Positions 52,080 to 61,330 of a stretch of DNA of 64,000 bases are shown piece after piece (position 1 is the stretch's first letter; the number at the start of each line of letters is the position of its first letter). The notes under the pieces were generated by a model. That model was not told where the DNA came from, did no database searches, and saw only the letters and a program-made list of their open reading frames with translations. Origin of the DNA: an uncultured Candidatus Saccharibacteria bacterium (lineage in GTDB: Bacteria > Patescibacteriota > Minisyncoccia > Phycocordibacterales > UBA5272); the NCBI GenBank assembly GCA_964457775.1, contig CAYWEW010000005.1, positions 5,398 through 69,397 on the forward strand, given 5' to 3'. The position numbers and the translations under genes were made by a program.

Positions 52080-52132
52080 TTTTAAAAAACTCTAAACTGT
52101 GACCAATACTGGCCAAGATAAAATAAAACACC

Positions 52133-52567
52133 CTACATCTGTAGGGTGTCTGAAGATTGTTCAATTCCTGGCTCAACAGGAAGGTCATCTTTGCCAAATA
52201 AATGCATTCTTAGATATCCTGGTCCAGAAGGTGTGCATTTAATGTTTAAAGTAACAGGAATAAAATTGGACTCAAATAATTCATCAAGAGCAGAGTTGAA
52301 TTTCTTAGCTAAGTATTCATCACTTAGCACAAGTGGCACTGGTTTTTTGAAATAAATTTGTATATCGGTTGGTTCACTCAATGAGACAGCTTCAAGTAAA
52401 AATTTTCTCAAGTCTTCTGATGTTATTTCGTAAGCTGGCCTCACGAAAGTAATTTTCAGTGTGACCCCCATAAAAGTATGACCATGACGGAATTTCCATG
52501 AGTCCTGTGGGGTTAATTTACCATCACGTAATTTACGGAACTTTTCTCCAAATGTTTCATCCTTCAT
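52133..52567 (-). CDS. Hypothetical protein
   Basis: ORF with aagga SD. Confidence 0.55.
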   Translation of the reverse strand: MKDETFGEKFRKLRDGKLTPQDSWKFRHGHTFMGVTLKITFVRPAYEITSEDLRKFLLEAVSLSEPTDIQIYFKKPVPLVLSDEYLAKKFNSALDELFESNFIPVTLNIKCTPSGPGYLRMHLFGKDDLPVEPGIEQSSDTLQM

Positions 52568-52699
52568 TTTGCTTTCCTTTCGTATTTTTGTGCAACTAAT
52601 CGTTATACTACTATATATTATGAAAATAACAACACTTGCATTTTTGATTTAATAAAGTAGTATAAAATTATAAGTAGTTCCTTCATTTTGGAGAAAAAC

Positions 52700-53521
52700 A
52701 TGACATCTAAAAATGCTAATAGAAATAAAGGTCAACCTTATGTTGGGGTCACTGATTTTACAAGTCGTGACCAAGTAATTGAAGCAAAGAAGTTTCTTGC
52801 ACCTCGCTCAATTCACAGATTACATGTTGGTGCCATGACCAGTTACAAGGTTCAAAATGGTATAAAAACATTTACTGGATGGGAAAATATTTGGCTCAAC
52901 GAAGAAGGTTTAAAAAAACTTTTTTCAGACGATGACGATGTTTTTAATGTCATTCATTATGCTGATTATGATAATCCTCCTTTAACTACTTCATTAGATT
53001 TACATGAAGCAATAAGGCGGTCTGGTCCTTACTTGCATGGATTGCAACTGGATATGGTTTGGCCAGAAGTAAAAATAGTTAAAGAAATAAAATCTCAACA
53101 TCCTTCAATTGAAATTATTTTGCAAATTGGGAAAGACGCAGTAAAAGAATTAGATAATTCACTAGAAAAAGTGTTAGAAAAAGCTTTGAATTATCTAGAC
53201 TGTGTCGATTATTTTCTTATAGATTTTTCTATGGGTAAAGGGGAGCCGCTTAATCCCGAGGTTACCTTGGAATATCTTAGGATGTTTACAAAAGTTATAC
53301 CCATTGAAAAAATTGCAATTGGAGGTGGGCTAGGACCAGAAACAACTCATTTGTTAAAACCAATTGTTGAAGTTTTTCCAAGAATTAGTTGGGATGCTCA
53401 AGGTCAAATGAGAAAACCAAAAAGCCAAACAACACCAATTGAAATGCCTCGCGTGATTAGTTATGTATATGAATCATCAATGCTTGCGTACGAAAGTTTA
53501 CAAGCAAAAAACCAGCAGTAA
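52700..53521 (+). CDS. TIM-barrel protein distantly like phosphoribosylanthranilate isomerase
   Basis: LQLD, FLID.S.G.G, GGGLGPE, SWDA. Confidence 0.55.
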   Translation: MTSKNANRNKGQPYVGVTDFTSRDQVIEAKKFLAPRSIHRLHVGAMTSYKVQNGIKTFTGWENIWLNEEGLKKLFSDDDDVFNVIHYADYDNPPLTTSLDLHEAIRRSGPYLHGLQLDMVWPEVKIVKEIKSQHPSIEIILQIGKDAVKELDNSLEKVLEKALNYLDCVDYFLIDFSMGKGEPLNPEVTLEYLRMFTKVIPIEKIAIGGGLGPETTHLLKPIVEVFPRISWDAQGQMRKPKSQTTPIEMPRVISYVYESSMLAYESLQAKNQQ

Positions 53522-53616
53522 TGCTGGTTTTTACTTTCTAGATTTTTGTCACCTTGCATTTTTTGATAACTAAATGTAGTATCTTATTTATCGCTCATTA
53601 TTTGTGGAGATACATC

Positions 53617-53838
53617 ATGTCTGAGGTTCAAAGTTCAATGCAAAGATTTGTTCCAAATCAAATGCTAGCCCTTTTTCAAGAAGGTGAGCACGTTGATGAT
53701 TTGGAAGTAGTTTCTTTTTCAGAAAACAAAGATTTGCACAGCTCAGATACACTAAAAGTCAGAAGTCTAAAACTATACCCAGGAGAGGAAGTAGAATTTG
53801 TATTTTCTGGGCATGAATTTTCAAAAGGTGATGCATAG
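53617..53838 (+). CDS. Small hypothetical protein
   Basis: ggaga SD; own promoter resembling that of 52700. Confidence 0.5.
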   Translation: MSEVQSSMQRFVPNQMLALFQEGEHVDDLEVVSFSENKDLHSSDTLKVRSLKLYPGEEVEFVFSGHEFSKGDA

Positions 53839-53942
53839 CGCTCACTTTTTGAAAACCCAATGTATCAAGGTCAATGTATAAGCAGGCAAAGATATTCTTT
53901 TCTAGAAATCAAAAAACCGCAGTAATGCGGTTTTTGTTTTTG

Positions 53943-54515
53943 TTATATCGACTTCACCTTCAACTTCGTCTGTCTAGCCTTATCCACCTTCGGTAATCTG
54001 ATGATAAGTAGTCCGTGCTTCTCAACTGCTTCTGCTTCTTCAATTTCTACCTCATGTGGAAGTAGTATTGTTCTTGTAAAAGTTCCCCAATATAATTCCT
54101 TGTAGAAATAATCATCATGAGTAACTTGAGTATTACCATCACGACGTCCTTTGATAGTAACCATATCACGAGTGATAGATAGGTGAAGGTCCTCTGGTTT
54201 TACACCAGCAACCATGGCTTCAATAATAATTTCATTTGCTGTTTGATAAACATCAACAGAAAGTTCTCCTTCTTCCATGTCTGGATCAACTTCTTCCATA
54301 TCTTCATCAAGTGTTAAATGGCGTGACTTTGCACGTGTAGGAGTAACAGATACAGAAGTAGACTCTTGTCTCCTTGAAGCTGTATGTTTTATTGGAACTT
54401 CTTCGACTTCTTCTTCCAGTTCTTGTTCTGGTTGGAAGTCTACCTGTTCTTCTTCGTCGTCCACGCTTATAGAGCCAGCAAGACGTTCAAAAAATGATTT
54501 TTTTTCTTTAAGCAT
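53943..54515 (-). CDS. Hsp20/alpha-crystallin small heat-shock protein with acidic N-terminus
   Basis: VDVYQ, AGVKPED, ELYWGTFTRTILLP, GLLIIRLPK. Confidence 0.9.
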   Translation of the reverse strand: MLKEKKSFFERLAGSISVDDEEEQVDFQPEQELEEEVEEVPIKHTASRRQESTSVSVTPTRAKSRHLTLDEDMEEVDPDMEEGELSVDVYQTANEIIIEAMVAGVKPEDLHLSITRDMVTIKGRRDGNTQVTHDDYFYKELYWGTFTRTILLPHEVEIEEAEAVEKHGLLIIRLPKVDKARQTKLKVKSI

Positions 54516-54741
54516 AATAATAGACAGTTATTTGTGTATGTGTCTAGTATACAGCTTGTATTGTTTTAATTGTTAAAAGTTATACACACCCAAGGTAGTC
54601 GAAAGTTGAAAGTCTATAAAGTTGAAAGTAAATATAAAACACAAGTGGATAACAACAAAGTTGTTATCCACTTAGTATCACTTTAAAGACTTCGATTTAG
54701 CAAAATCGTGTCTTTGACATAAACACTTTATGGACTTTAGA

Positions 54742-56886
54742 CTAATTCCATTTGGTAACAATTAATAAATCATCTCCATCTCTTTTTATATATTTCCAAA
54801 TTTCTTCAGTAATAAATGGCATAAATGGATGAATGGTAATTATTTGTTCACGAAGAAGTTTAAGTAATAATGTTTGAGCACTTACTTTGTCTTTATTTTC
54901 AAGAATTCTTGTCTTACGAGTTTCAATTATTTCATCACAAAATACTTTCCAGAAATAATCATAAACTTTTTCTGAGGCTAGATGTAGGCGATAGTTTTCT
55001 AAATCACTCGTTATATCTTTATGCTTTTCTATCCATGCATCATACGTTGCTTGATCTTCATCGTTTAAAGCAACTTCTTTTTCAAAGTCCTCAGTTTTTT
55101 CAAGAACGAATCGTGTTGCATTCCATATCTTATTCGCAAATAATTTGTAGGCCTTAACTTTATCTTCCCCAAGCTTCAAATCATTTCCAGGGCCATTGGC
55201 AACAAGGAGAGACATACGAAGAGCATCGGTCCCATACTTCGTGGATAAGTCACGAGGGTCAAGAGCGTTATTCAATGACTTACTCATTTTGCGACCTTGA
55301 ACATCACGAACCATGCCGTGAAGATAAACGTGTTTAAAAGGGGCTTCGTTAAATACATACATGGAAGCTAGAATCATGCGAGCCACCCAAAAGAAAAGTA
55401 TGTCATGTCCAGTCTCAAGAAGTGTGGTTGGATGAAATGTTTTCATGTCATCAGTATTCTCTGGCCAACCAAGTGTCGAGAATGTCCAAAGGCCTGATGA
55501 GAACCATGTGTCTAATGTATCTTCATCTTGTACCCAACCATCTCCAGTTGGTGGATTAATATCACAATGTATTTCGTCTCCTTTATAATAAACAGGGATA
55601 CGATGGCCATACCAAATTTGACGACTAATACACCAGTCATGCAAGTTTTCAATCCAATGGAAATATATCTTTTCGAAATGTTCAGGAATAATTGTAGTAT
55701 CTTTATTCTCGACAGCTTTTCTCATCAAATTTTTGAGAGTCGTTTCTACTCCAAAATGTTTAAAAGGTTTGTTCACTGCAATCCACCATTGTAACTTTGG
55801 TAATGGTTCAATTACACCGCCAGTACGTTCAGCTGTTGGAATATTTTGAGTTACATCTTCTTCACTAATAATTAAATTATTTTCTTTTAACCAGTTCACA
55901 ATATATTCACGTGCATCCGCTACTTTTTTGCCGTTCAACTCTTCATTTGCTAGTCCATACATCTTAGCGTATTCGTTAATCACTTGTTTCACAGGCAAGT
56001 TGTGGCGTTCTTTGATTTCCCAGTCTATTTGACTATGTGCCGGCGTTACACCGAGCGCTCCTGTTCCAAAATCTTTTTCTACTGCACTATCAGCAATAAC
56101 TTTTATTGTAATAGGACATCCTGCGAACACGACATTGTATTCTTTGCCAACATATTCTTTATATCTATCATCATCTGGGTGCACAGCAACTGCCACATCA
56201 CCAACTTTTGTTTCTGGTCGAGTAGATGAAATAGCAATAGGGAAGTCAGTGCTATATTTGAATGTATACATTTTTCCTTTTCTTTCTTCAGATACTGTTT
56301 CATCATCACTGATGGTGGTTTGACCTTTCGGGTCCCAGTTCACAATTCTTTGTCCACGATAAATTAATCCATCGTCATACATTTTCTTAAACATGGTCCT
56401 AACTGCGAGATTTCTTTTATCATCGAGTGTGAATGCGAGTCTTGACCAATCTAAAGACGCTCCCATTATTTTAGATTGTGAGATTATTGTCTTTTGGCTT
56501 TCAAGGGCGAATTCATTAATACGTTTTAGCATTTCTTCACGTCCGATGTCGTGGCGAGATTTTCCTTCATCTTTATATATTTTCTTTTCTACAACAGATT
56601 GAGTGGCAATAGCAGCATGGTCTGTTCCAGGAAGCCATAATGTCTTATATCCTGCCATGCGTTTATATCTAATGAGTGTGTCTTGTATAGCAAGCATAAT
56701 AGCGTGGCCAGTATGCAGTGTCCCAGTTACATTCGGTGGGGGAAGAACAATAGAGTATGATTCTTTTCTTTCACCAGGTAAATTGTTCGGATTGAAATAA
56801 CCACTCTTTTCCCACATATCATAGAGAGATGATTCAACTGTTTCTGCATTGAAAGGTTTATTTAGTTGTTCTGGGACTTGTTTCAT
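54742..56886 (-). CDS. valS: Valine-tRNA ligase (lacks C-terminal coiled coil)
   Basis: PPPNVTG.LHTGH, DWCISRQ, DTWFSS, KMSKS. Confidence 0.96.
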   Translation of the reverse strand: MKQVPEQLNKPFNAETVESSLYDMWEKSGYFNPNNLPGERKESYSIVLPPPNVTGTLHTGHAIMLAIQDTLIRYKRMAGYKTLWLPGTDHAAIATQSVVEKKIYKDEGKSRHDIGREEMLKRINEFALESQKTIISQSKIMGASLDWSRLAFTLDDKRNLAVRTMFKKMYDDGLIYRGQRIVNWDPKGQTTISDDETVSEERKGKMYTFKYSTDFPIAISSTRPETKVGDVAVAVHPDDDRYKEYVGKEYNVVFAGCPITIKVIADSAVEKDFGTGALGVTPAHSQIDWEIKERHNLPVKQVINEYAKMYGLANEELNGKKVADAREYIVNWLKENNLIISEEDVTQNIPTAERTGGVIEPLPKLQWWIAVNKPFKHFGVETTLKNLMRKAVENKDTTIIPEHFEKIYFHWIENLHDWCISRQIWYGHRIPVYYKGDEIHCDINPPTGDGWVQDEDTLDTWFSSGLWTFSTLGWPENTDDMKTFHPTTLLETGHDILFFWVARMILASMYVFNEAPFKHVYLHGMVRDVQGRKMSKSLNNALDPRDLSTKYGTDALRMSLLVANGPGNDLKLGEDKVKAYKLFANKIWNATRFVLEKTEDFEKEVALNDEDQATYDAWIEKHKDITSDLENYRLHLASEKVYDYFWKVFCDEIIETRKTRILENKDKVSAQTLLLKLLREQIITIHPFMPFITEEIWKYIKRDGDDLLIVTKWN

Positions 56887-56944
56887 GATGTGTATGTGAT
56901 ATTATAATTGCTATTCTTATATTACTAATAATACTATCATATCT

Positions 56945-57481
56945 ATGCTTACAAAACAGTCAAAGATTTTAAAATCAGGTTCGAAGAAAAATATCGAAAT
57001 TATTACCAAAAAAATTACGAAGAAAAACGTAAAAATGGAAACGCATGCAAAACCATTACCAGACCATCATTTTAAAGTGGTGAAAGTAAAGCGCGGTGTT
57101 GCTGGACTCGGTCTTTTCGCAGGAGAGAATATCAAGAAAGGGGAATTGATTATAGAATATATTGGGAATATTTTAAATAAAGAAGAAGCAGACAAAAAAA
57201 CAACCAGCCAATATCTTTTCGAAGTGACTCGTAATAAAACAATTGACGGAACACCTAGATGGAATGTTGCACGTTATTGTAATCATGCTTGTGAGGAAGC
57301 GGCAAATTCCGAAAGTGAGATTAAGAAAGGGCGTGTGTTCATTAAAGCTATTAAGAATATAAAAGAAGGGGAAGAAATTTGTTATGACTACGGAGAAGAA
57401 TTCGTGAAGGAGCATATTGGTCATCATGGATGCAGATGTGCCGCAAAAAATCATAGTTACGGAGCATTATCTAGTAAGTAG
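56945..57481 (+). CDS. SET-domain protein-lysine methyltransferase
   Basis: GLGLFA, IEYIG, ARYCNHAC, GEEICYDYG and post-SET CRC. Confidence 0.92.
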   Translation: MLTKQSKILKSGSKKNIEIITKKITKKNVKMETHAKPLPDHHFKVVKVKRGVAGLGLFAGENIKKGELIIEYIGNILNKEEADKKTTSQYLFEVTRNKTIDGTPRWNVARYCNHACEEAANSESEIKKGRVFIKAIKNIKEGEEICYDYGEEFVKEHIGHHGCRCAAKNHSYGALSSK

Positions 57482-57823
57482 TTAATAAAGATAAATTATA
57501 AATAAATATGATATAAAAAATAGCCATGAAGTGGCTATTTTTTGTTCTTCACTGAAGTCTAAATTTAAAAAAGTATTAATTTATATAGTATAACCAGAAG
57601 CAATAAATTTTACTTAATTTTATGCATTAATGCAAACTCTTCGCATTTGCATTTTACATGAAAAATTAAATTTTTAAATAAAAAAAGTTATCCACATAAT
57701 TAACATTGAAATCTATTGTATGTAGGTGTAGAGATGTAATACTTAATATATCGAGAGTAATGATTACGGTCGTGATCATAATAATTACTAATACTCTCTG
57801 ATTTGTATAATAAAAATATTTTT

Positions 57824-57931
57824 ATGGCAGCAAAAAAGAAAGCAGTAAAGAAAGTAGCAAAGAAGGCAACAAAGAAAGTTGCAAAGAAGGCTGCAAAGAA
57901 GACTGCAAAGAAGTCAGCAAAGCGCGCATAG
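57824..57931 (+). CDS. Histone H1-like Lys/Ala-rich basic peptide (35 aa, not in the ORF track)
   Basis: MAAKKKAVKKVAKKATKKVAKKAAKKTAKKSAKRA*; hairpin terminator follows. Confidence 0.75.
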   Translation: MAAKKKAVKKVAKKATKKVAKKAAKKTAKKSAKRA

Positions 57932-57985
57932 TCGCATTTGTTTCTTCGGAAAAACGTCTCACTCCCATGAGGCGTTTTTCTTTTT

Positions 57986-58131
57986 CTGACCAGAAACTAC
58001 TTCATCTACTTCGTTAGAGAATATTTTTTCTCCATGCGACGTCGAATTAGCAGATTCGGGTCTTGGACCAAAATAGATCTCTTAGTCGAAAAAATATTCT
58101 CTACCTCGTATCTAAAGCAGTTTCTGGCCAG
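57986..58131. repeat. Long palindromic element containing the 27-nt double-hairpin module
   Basis: ctgaccagaaact/agtttctggccag and tagagaatatttttt/aaaaaatattctcta stems. Confidence 0.7.
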
Positions 58132-58206
58132 TAAATCATATAGAGTATTTTATGATTACAAAAAACAAAAGAGAGTTACCTAAGGCAACTCTCTTTTCAG
58201 ATGAAT

Positions 58207-58539
58207 TTAAGCCGCAAAAAATTTTGGATGTTCTGCGATTAGTCGAATGATTTGTTTTCGAAGTTTTAAATCGAAAGGAAATGGAAGTCGATAAACTTCA
58301 ACACTAGGATAGAGATCACCGGTGTCTTCGCCGTCTCCTTGTATTTCAACTGTTTCAACTTCAATGTATGCAACGAGCTCCCACTCTTTTGCTTCATTTT
58401 GTTCTGCTGCTACATAGAGTCGTTTTATAACAAAATCATTTTCATCTCCGTGTGATGTATCACCACTTGATTCTTCATAACTTCTGTATTCTGAAAGAAC
58501 AAGGCCGTCAATATAGCGGGTCCCTATATAATTATTCAT
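58207..58539 (-). CDS. Hypothetical acidic protein
   Basis: aaggag SD; terminator at about 58167. Confidence 0.6.
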   Translation of the reverse strand: MNNYIGTRYIDGLVLSEYRSYEESSGDTSHGDENDFVIKRLYVAAEQNEAKEWELVAYIEVETVEIQGDGEDTGDLYPSVEVYRLPFPFDLKLRKQIIRLIAEHPKFFAA

Positions 58540-58671
58540 AACACCAATCTCCTTAAAAGTAGTCTATTTTTGATACTACAGTAATTTTATTTTTTTAGCA
58601 AAAAACCCGTGTTTATGGTAGAATTTGTATTCACAACTAGTAACTATTAACCAGTAACTAACAACTATCCC

Positions 58672-61227
58672 ATGTCATTAATTTCTAAAGGAATAAGCAT
58701 GATTTTCCCGGATGAGTCGATAAAGACCATCAAGAAGCTAGAACCTCTTGTAGAGGGCGTTTTTTCGCACGAGGAGGCCTTAAAAACCCTTTCTGACCAC
58801 GAATTGAAGTATAAAAGTCTAATTCTTAAGGAAAAGGTAATGAAGGAAATTGAGGGGTTAAAAGGTGATGAACTAAAAGCTAAAGAAAAAGAAGTTTTGG
58901 AAAATGTTCTACCTGAGGCCTTTGCGTTTGTTCGTGAAGCATCTCGTCGCACACTTAAGATAATGCATTATCGTGTACAGGTTATCGGAGGAATACTTCT
59001 TCATCGTGGTCATATAGCAGAAATGCGTACTGGAGAAGGAAAGACTCTTGTGGCAACACTTCCAGCATACCTAAATGCACTCACTGGACGCGGTGTACAT
59101 ATTGTAACAGTGAACGATTATCTTTCTCGTCGTGACGCTGTTTGGATGGGGCAAGTGTATGACGCACTCGGTCTTACTATTTCAGTCATAAACAATCAGT
59201 CGTCTTTTATGTACGATAGTACACATCTTAGTGAAGAAGAAGAAAAGAAAGATGATACGGAGGCAGCCGAAGTTGGTTCATATAAAGTCGTATATGATTT
59301 TCTTAATCCATGTGGACGTCAAGAAGCTTATAAAGCAGATATAACTTATGGAACGAATAATGAATTCGGTTTTGATTATTTGAGAGATAACATTGGTTAC
59401 AGTAAAGAAACAATTACGCAACATACACATCATTATGCGATTGTGGATGAAATAGACTCAATCTTAATCGATGAAGCACGTACTCCGCTTATTATTTCTG
59501 CACCGGCACAAGAATCAAGTGATATGTATATGAAGTTCGCTCATATTGCAGACTCATTGGTTGAAGGTGATGATTATAATGTAGATGAGAAACAACGCGC
59601 GATAGCACTCACAGAAGTTGGTATTACAAAAGCTGAAACTAGTCTCGGTATTTCTAATATCTATTCTGTTGAAGGAATGAAATACGTGCACCATCTTGAG
59701 ACTGCTGTAAAAGCAAAGGCATTGTTCTTGCGTGAACGTGAATATGTCGTGAAGGATAATCAAGTTATTATTGTGGATGAATTCACTGGACGTATGCAAC
59801 CTGGGCGTCGTTGGTCAGATGGTATACATCAAGCAGTGGAGGCAAAAGAAAACGTAAAGATAGAACAAGAGTCACGTACACTCGCATCTATAACTTTCCA
59901 GAATTACTTCCGTTTTTATGAAAAGTTGGCCGGTATGACAGGAACCGCAGAAACATCGAAAGAAGAATTTTATAAAGTATATGGTCTTGTTGTTACACCA
60001 ATTCCAACTCATAACCCAATTCACAGAACCGACCACGCTGATTTTATTTTTCAGTCAGAAAAAGGCAAGTGGCAGGCACTTTCTAAGAAGATAAAAGAAC
60101 TACATGAGAAAGGACAACCAGTACTTATTGGTACTATTTCTATTGAGAAGAATGAAGAAGTTTCAGAATATCTAAGACGTGCTGGTGTGCCACATACAAT
60201 TCTTAACGCGAAGAATCACGAAAAAGAAGGAGAGATTATTGCTGCTGCTGGAAAGAAAGGAGCCGTAACTATCGCGACTAACATGGCAGGACGTGGAGTG
60301 GATATTAAACTAGGAGGGCCACAAGCAACTGAAAGTGAACGCGAGGACGTGCTTTCACTTGGGGGATTATTTGTGATTGGAACCGAGCGTCATGAGGCCC
60401 GTCGTATCGACAATCAGTTAAGAGGTCGTTCAGGACGACAGGGAGATGTTGGAGAAACGCAATTCTTCGTATCACTTGAAGATGATCTCATGCGAGTATT
60501 CGGTTCAAGTAATATCAAGAATATGATGGGGCGTTTCGGCATTCCAGAAGATGAACCAGTATCAAGTAAAATGGTATCTCGTGCTCTTGAAGGTGCGCAA
60601 GAAAAAATTGAAGGTTTCCATTTTGATACTCGTAAACATACACTTCAATACGATGATGTTCTTAATCATCAGCGTACAAGTATTTATACCAAGCGTCGAA
60701 AGATATTATTTAACGATGAAGAATTTGTAGATGAGGTGATTGCAGAACTTGTTGTAGAAAAACCAGAACTTGAAGAAGTTATAAAGCAAAAAGAAAAACA
60801 ATATACCAAAGAGGCCGTCAGACATATTTTCCGTGTTATGATGTTGCAAATTATCGATACATTATGGATGGAACATTTGGATGCAATGGAACATTTACGT
60901 TCTAGTGTGAATTTGCGTGCATACGGTCAACGTGATCCACTCGTAGAATATAAGAAGGAAGGACTAAGAATGTTTAGAGGTCTCGAGGGCTCATTACGTT
61001 CTGAACTTATTTTGTTTATTGAAAATATGGATGGATTTTTTGCACAACAACAAGCACAACAGATAGAGCAGAATAATTTTGTGCAAGTAATACCAAACGA
61101 AGGAGGTAGTAATCAATTAACAGGTGTTGAAAAGGTGAAAGCTGGTAGAAATGACCCATGTCCATGTGGTAGTGGTAAGAAGGTTAAGAAGTGTGACTGT
61201 GCAGAATATCTTTATTTAAGGCATTAG
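58672..61227 (+). CDS. secA: Preprotein translocase ATPase SecA
   Basis: MRTGEGKT, DEIDSILIDEARTP, TNMAGRG, GRNDPCPCGSGKK. Confidence 0.97.
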   Translation: MSLISKGISMIFPDESIKTIKKLEPLVEGVFSHEEALKTLSDHELKYKSLILKEKVMKEIEGLKGDELKAKEKEVLENVLPEAFAFVREASRRTLKIMHYRVQVIGGILLHRGHIAEMRTGEGKTLVATLPAYLNALTGRGVHIVTVNDYLSRRDAVWMGQVYDALGLTISVINNQSSFMYDSTHLSEEEEKKDDTEAAEVGSYKVVYDFLNPCGRQEAYKADITYGTNNEFGFDYLRDNIGYSKETITQHTHHYAIVDEIDSILIDEARTPLIISAPAQESSDMYMKFAHIADSLVEGDDYNVDEKQRAIALTEVGITKAETSLGISNIYSVEGMKYVHHLETAVKAKALFLREREYVVKDNQVIIVDEFTGRMQPGRRWSDGIHQAVEAKENVKIEQESRTLASITFQNYFRFYEKLAGMTGTAETSKEEFYKVYGLVVTPIPTHNPIHRTDHADFIFQSEKGKWQALSKKIKELHEKGQPVLIGTISIEKNEEVSEYLRRAGVPHTILNAKNHEKEGEIIAAAGKKGAVTIATNMAGRGVDIKLGGPQATESEREDVLSLGGLFVIGTERHEARRIDNQLRGRSGRQGDVGETQFFVSLEDDLMRVFGSSNIKNMMGRFGIPEDEPVSSKMVSRALEGAQEKIEGFHFDTRKHTLQYDDVLNHQRTSIYTKRRKILFNDEEFVDEVIAELVVEKPELEEVIKQKEKQYTKEAVRHIFRVMMLQIIDTLWMEHLDAMEHLRSSVNLRAYGQRDPLVEYKKEGLRMFRGLEGSLRSELILFIENMDGFFAQQQAQQIEQNNFVQVIPNEGGSNQLTGVEKVKAGRNDPCPCGSGKKVKKCDCAEYLYLRH

Positions 61228-61256
61228 ACATATAAATTTAACAGGGTTGATAATAC

Positions 61257-61291
61257 ACATAAGAGCGACACCGAAGGTGTCGCTCTTATGT
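61257..61291 (+). terminator. Terminator-like hairpin
   Basis: acataagagcgacacc-gaa-ggtgtcgctcttatgt. Confidence 0.6.
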
Positions 61292-61330
61292 TAAACTATT
61301 AACTATCAAACTTAATCAGAAATTACCAAT

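Noticed and set aside
57482-57750. Possible replication origin
   Set aside because: Only one perfect DnaA box, no dnaA/dnaN nearby, and no evident skew switch.
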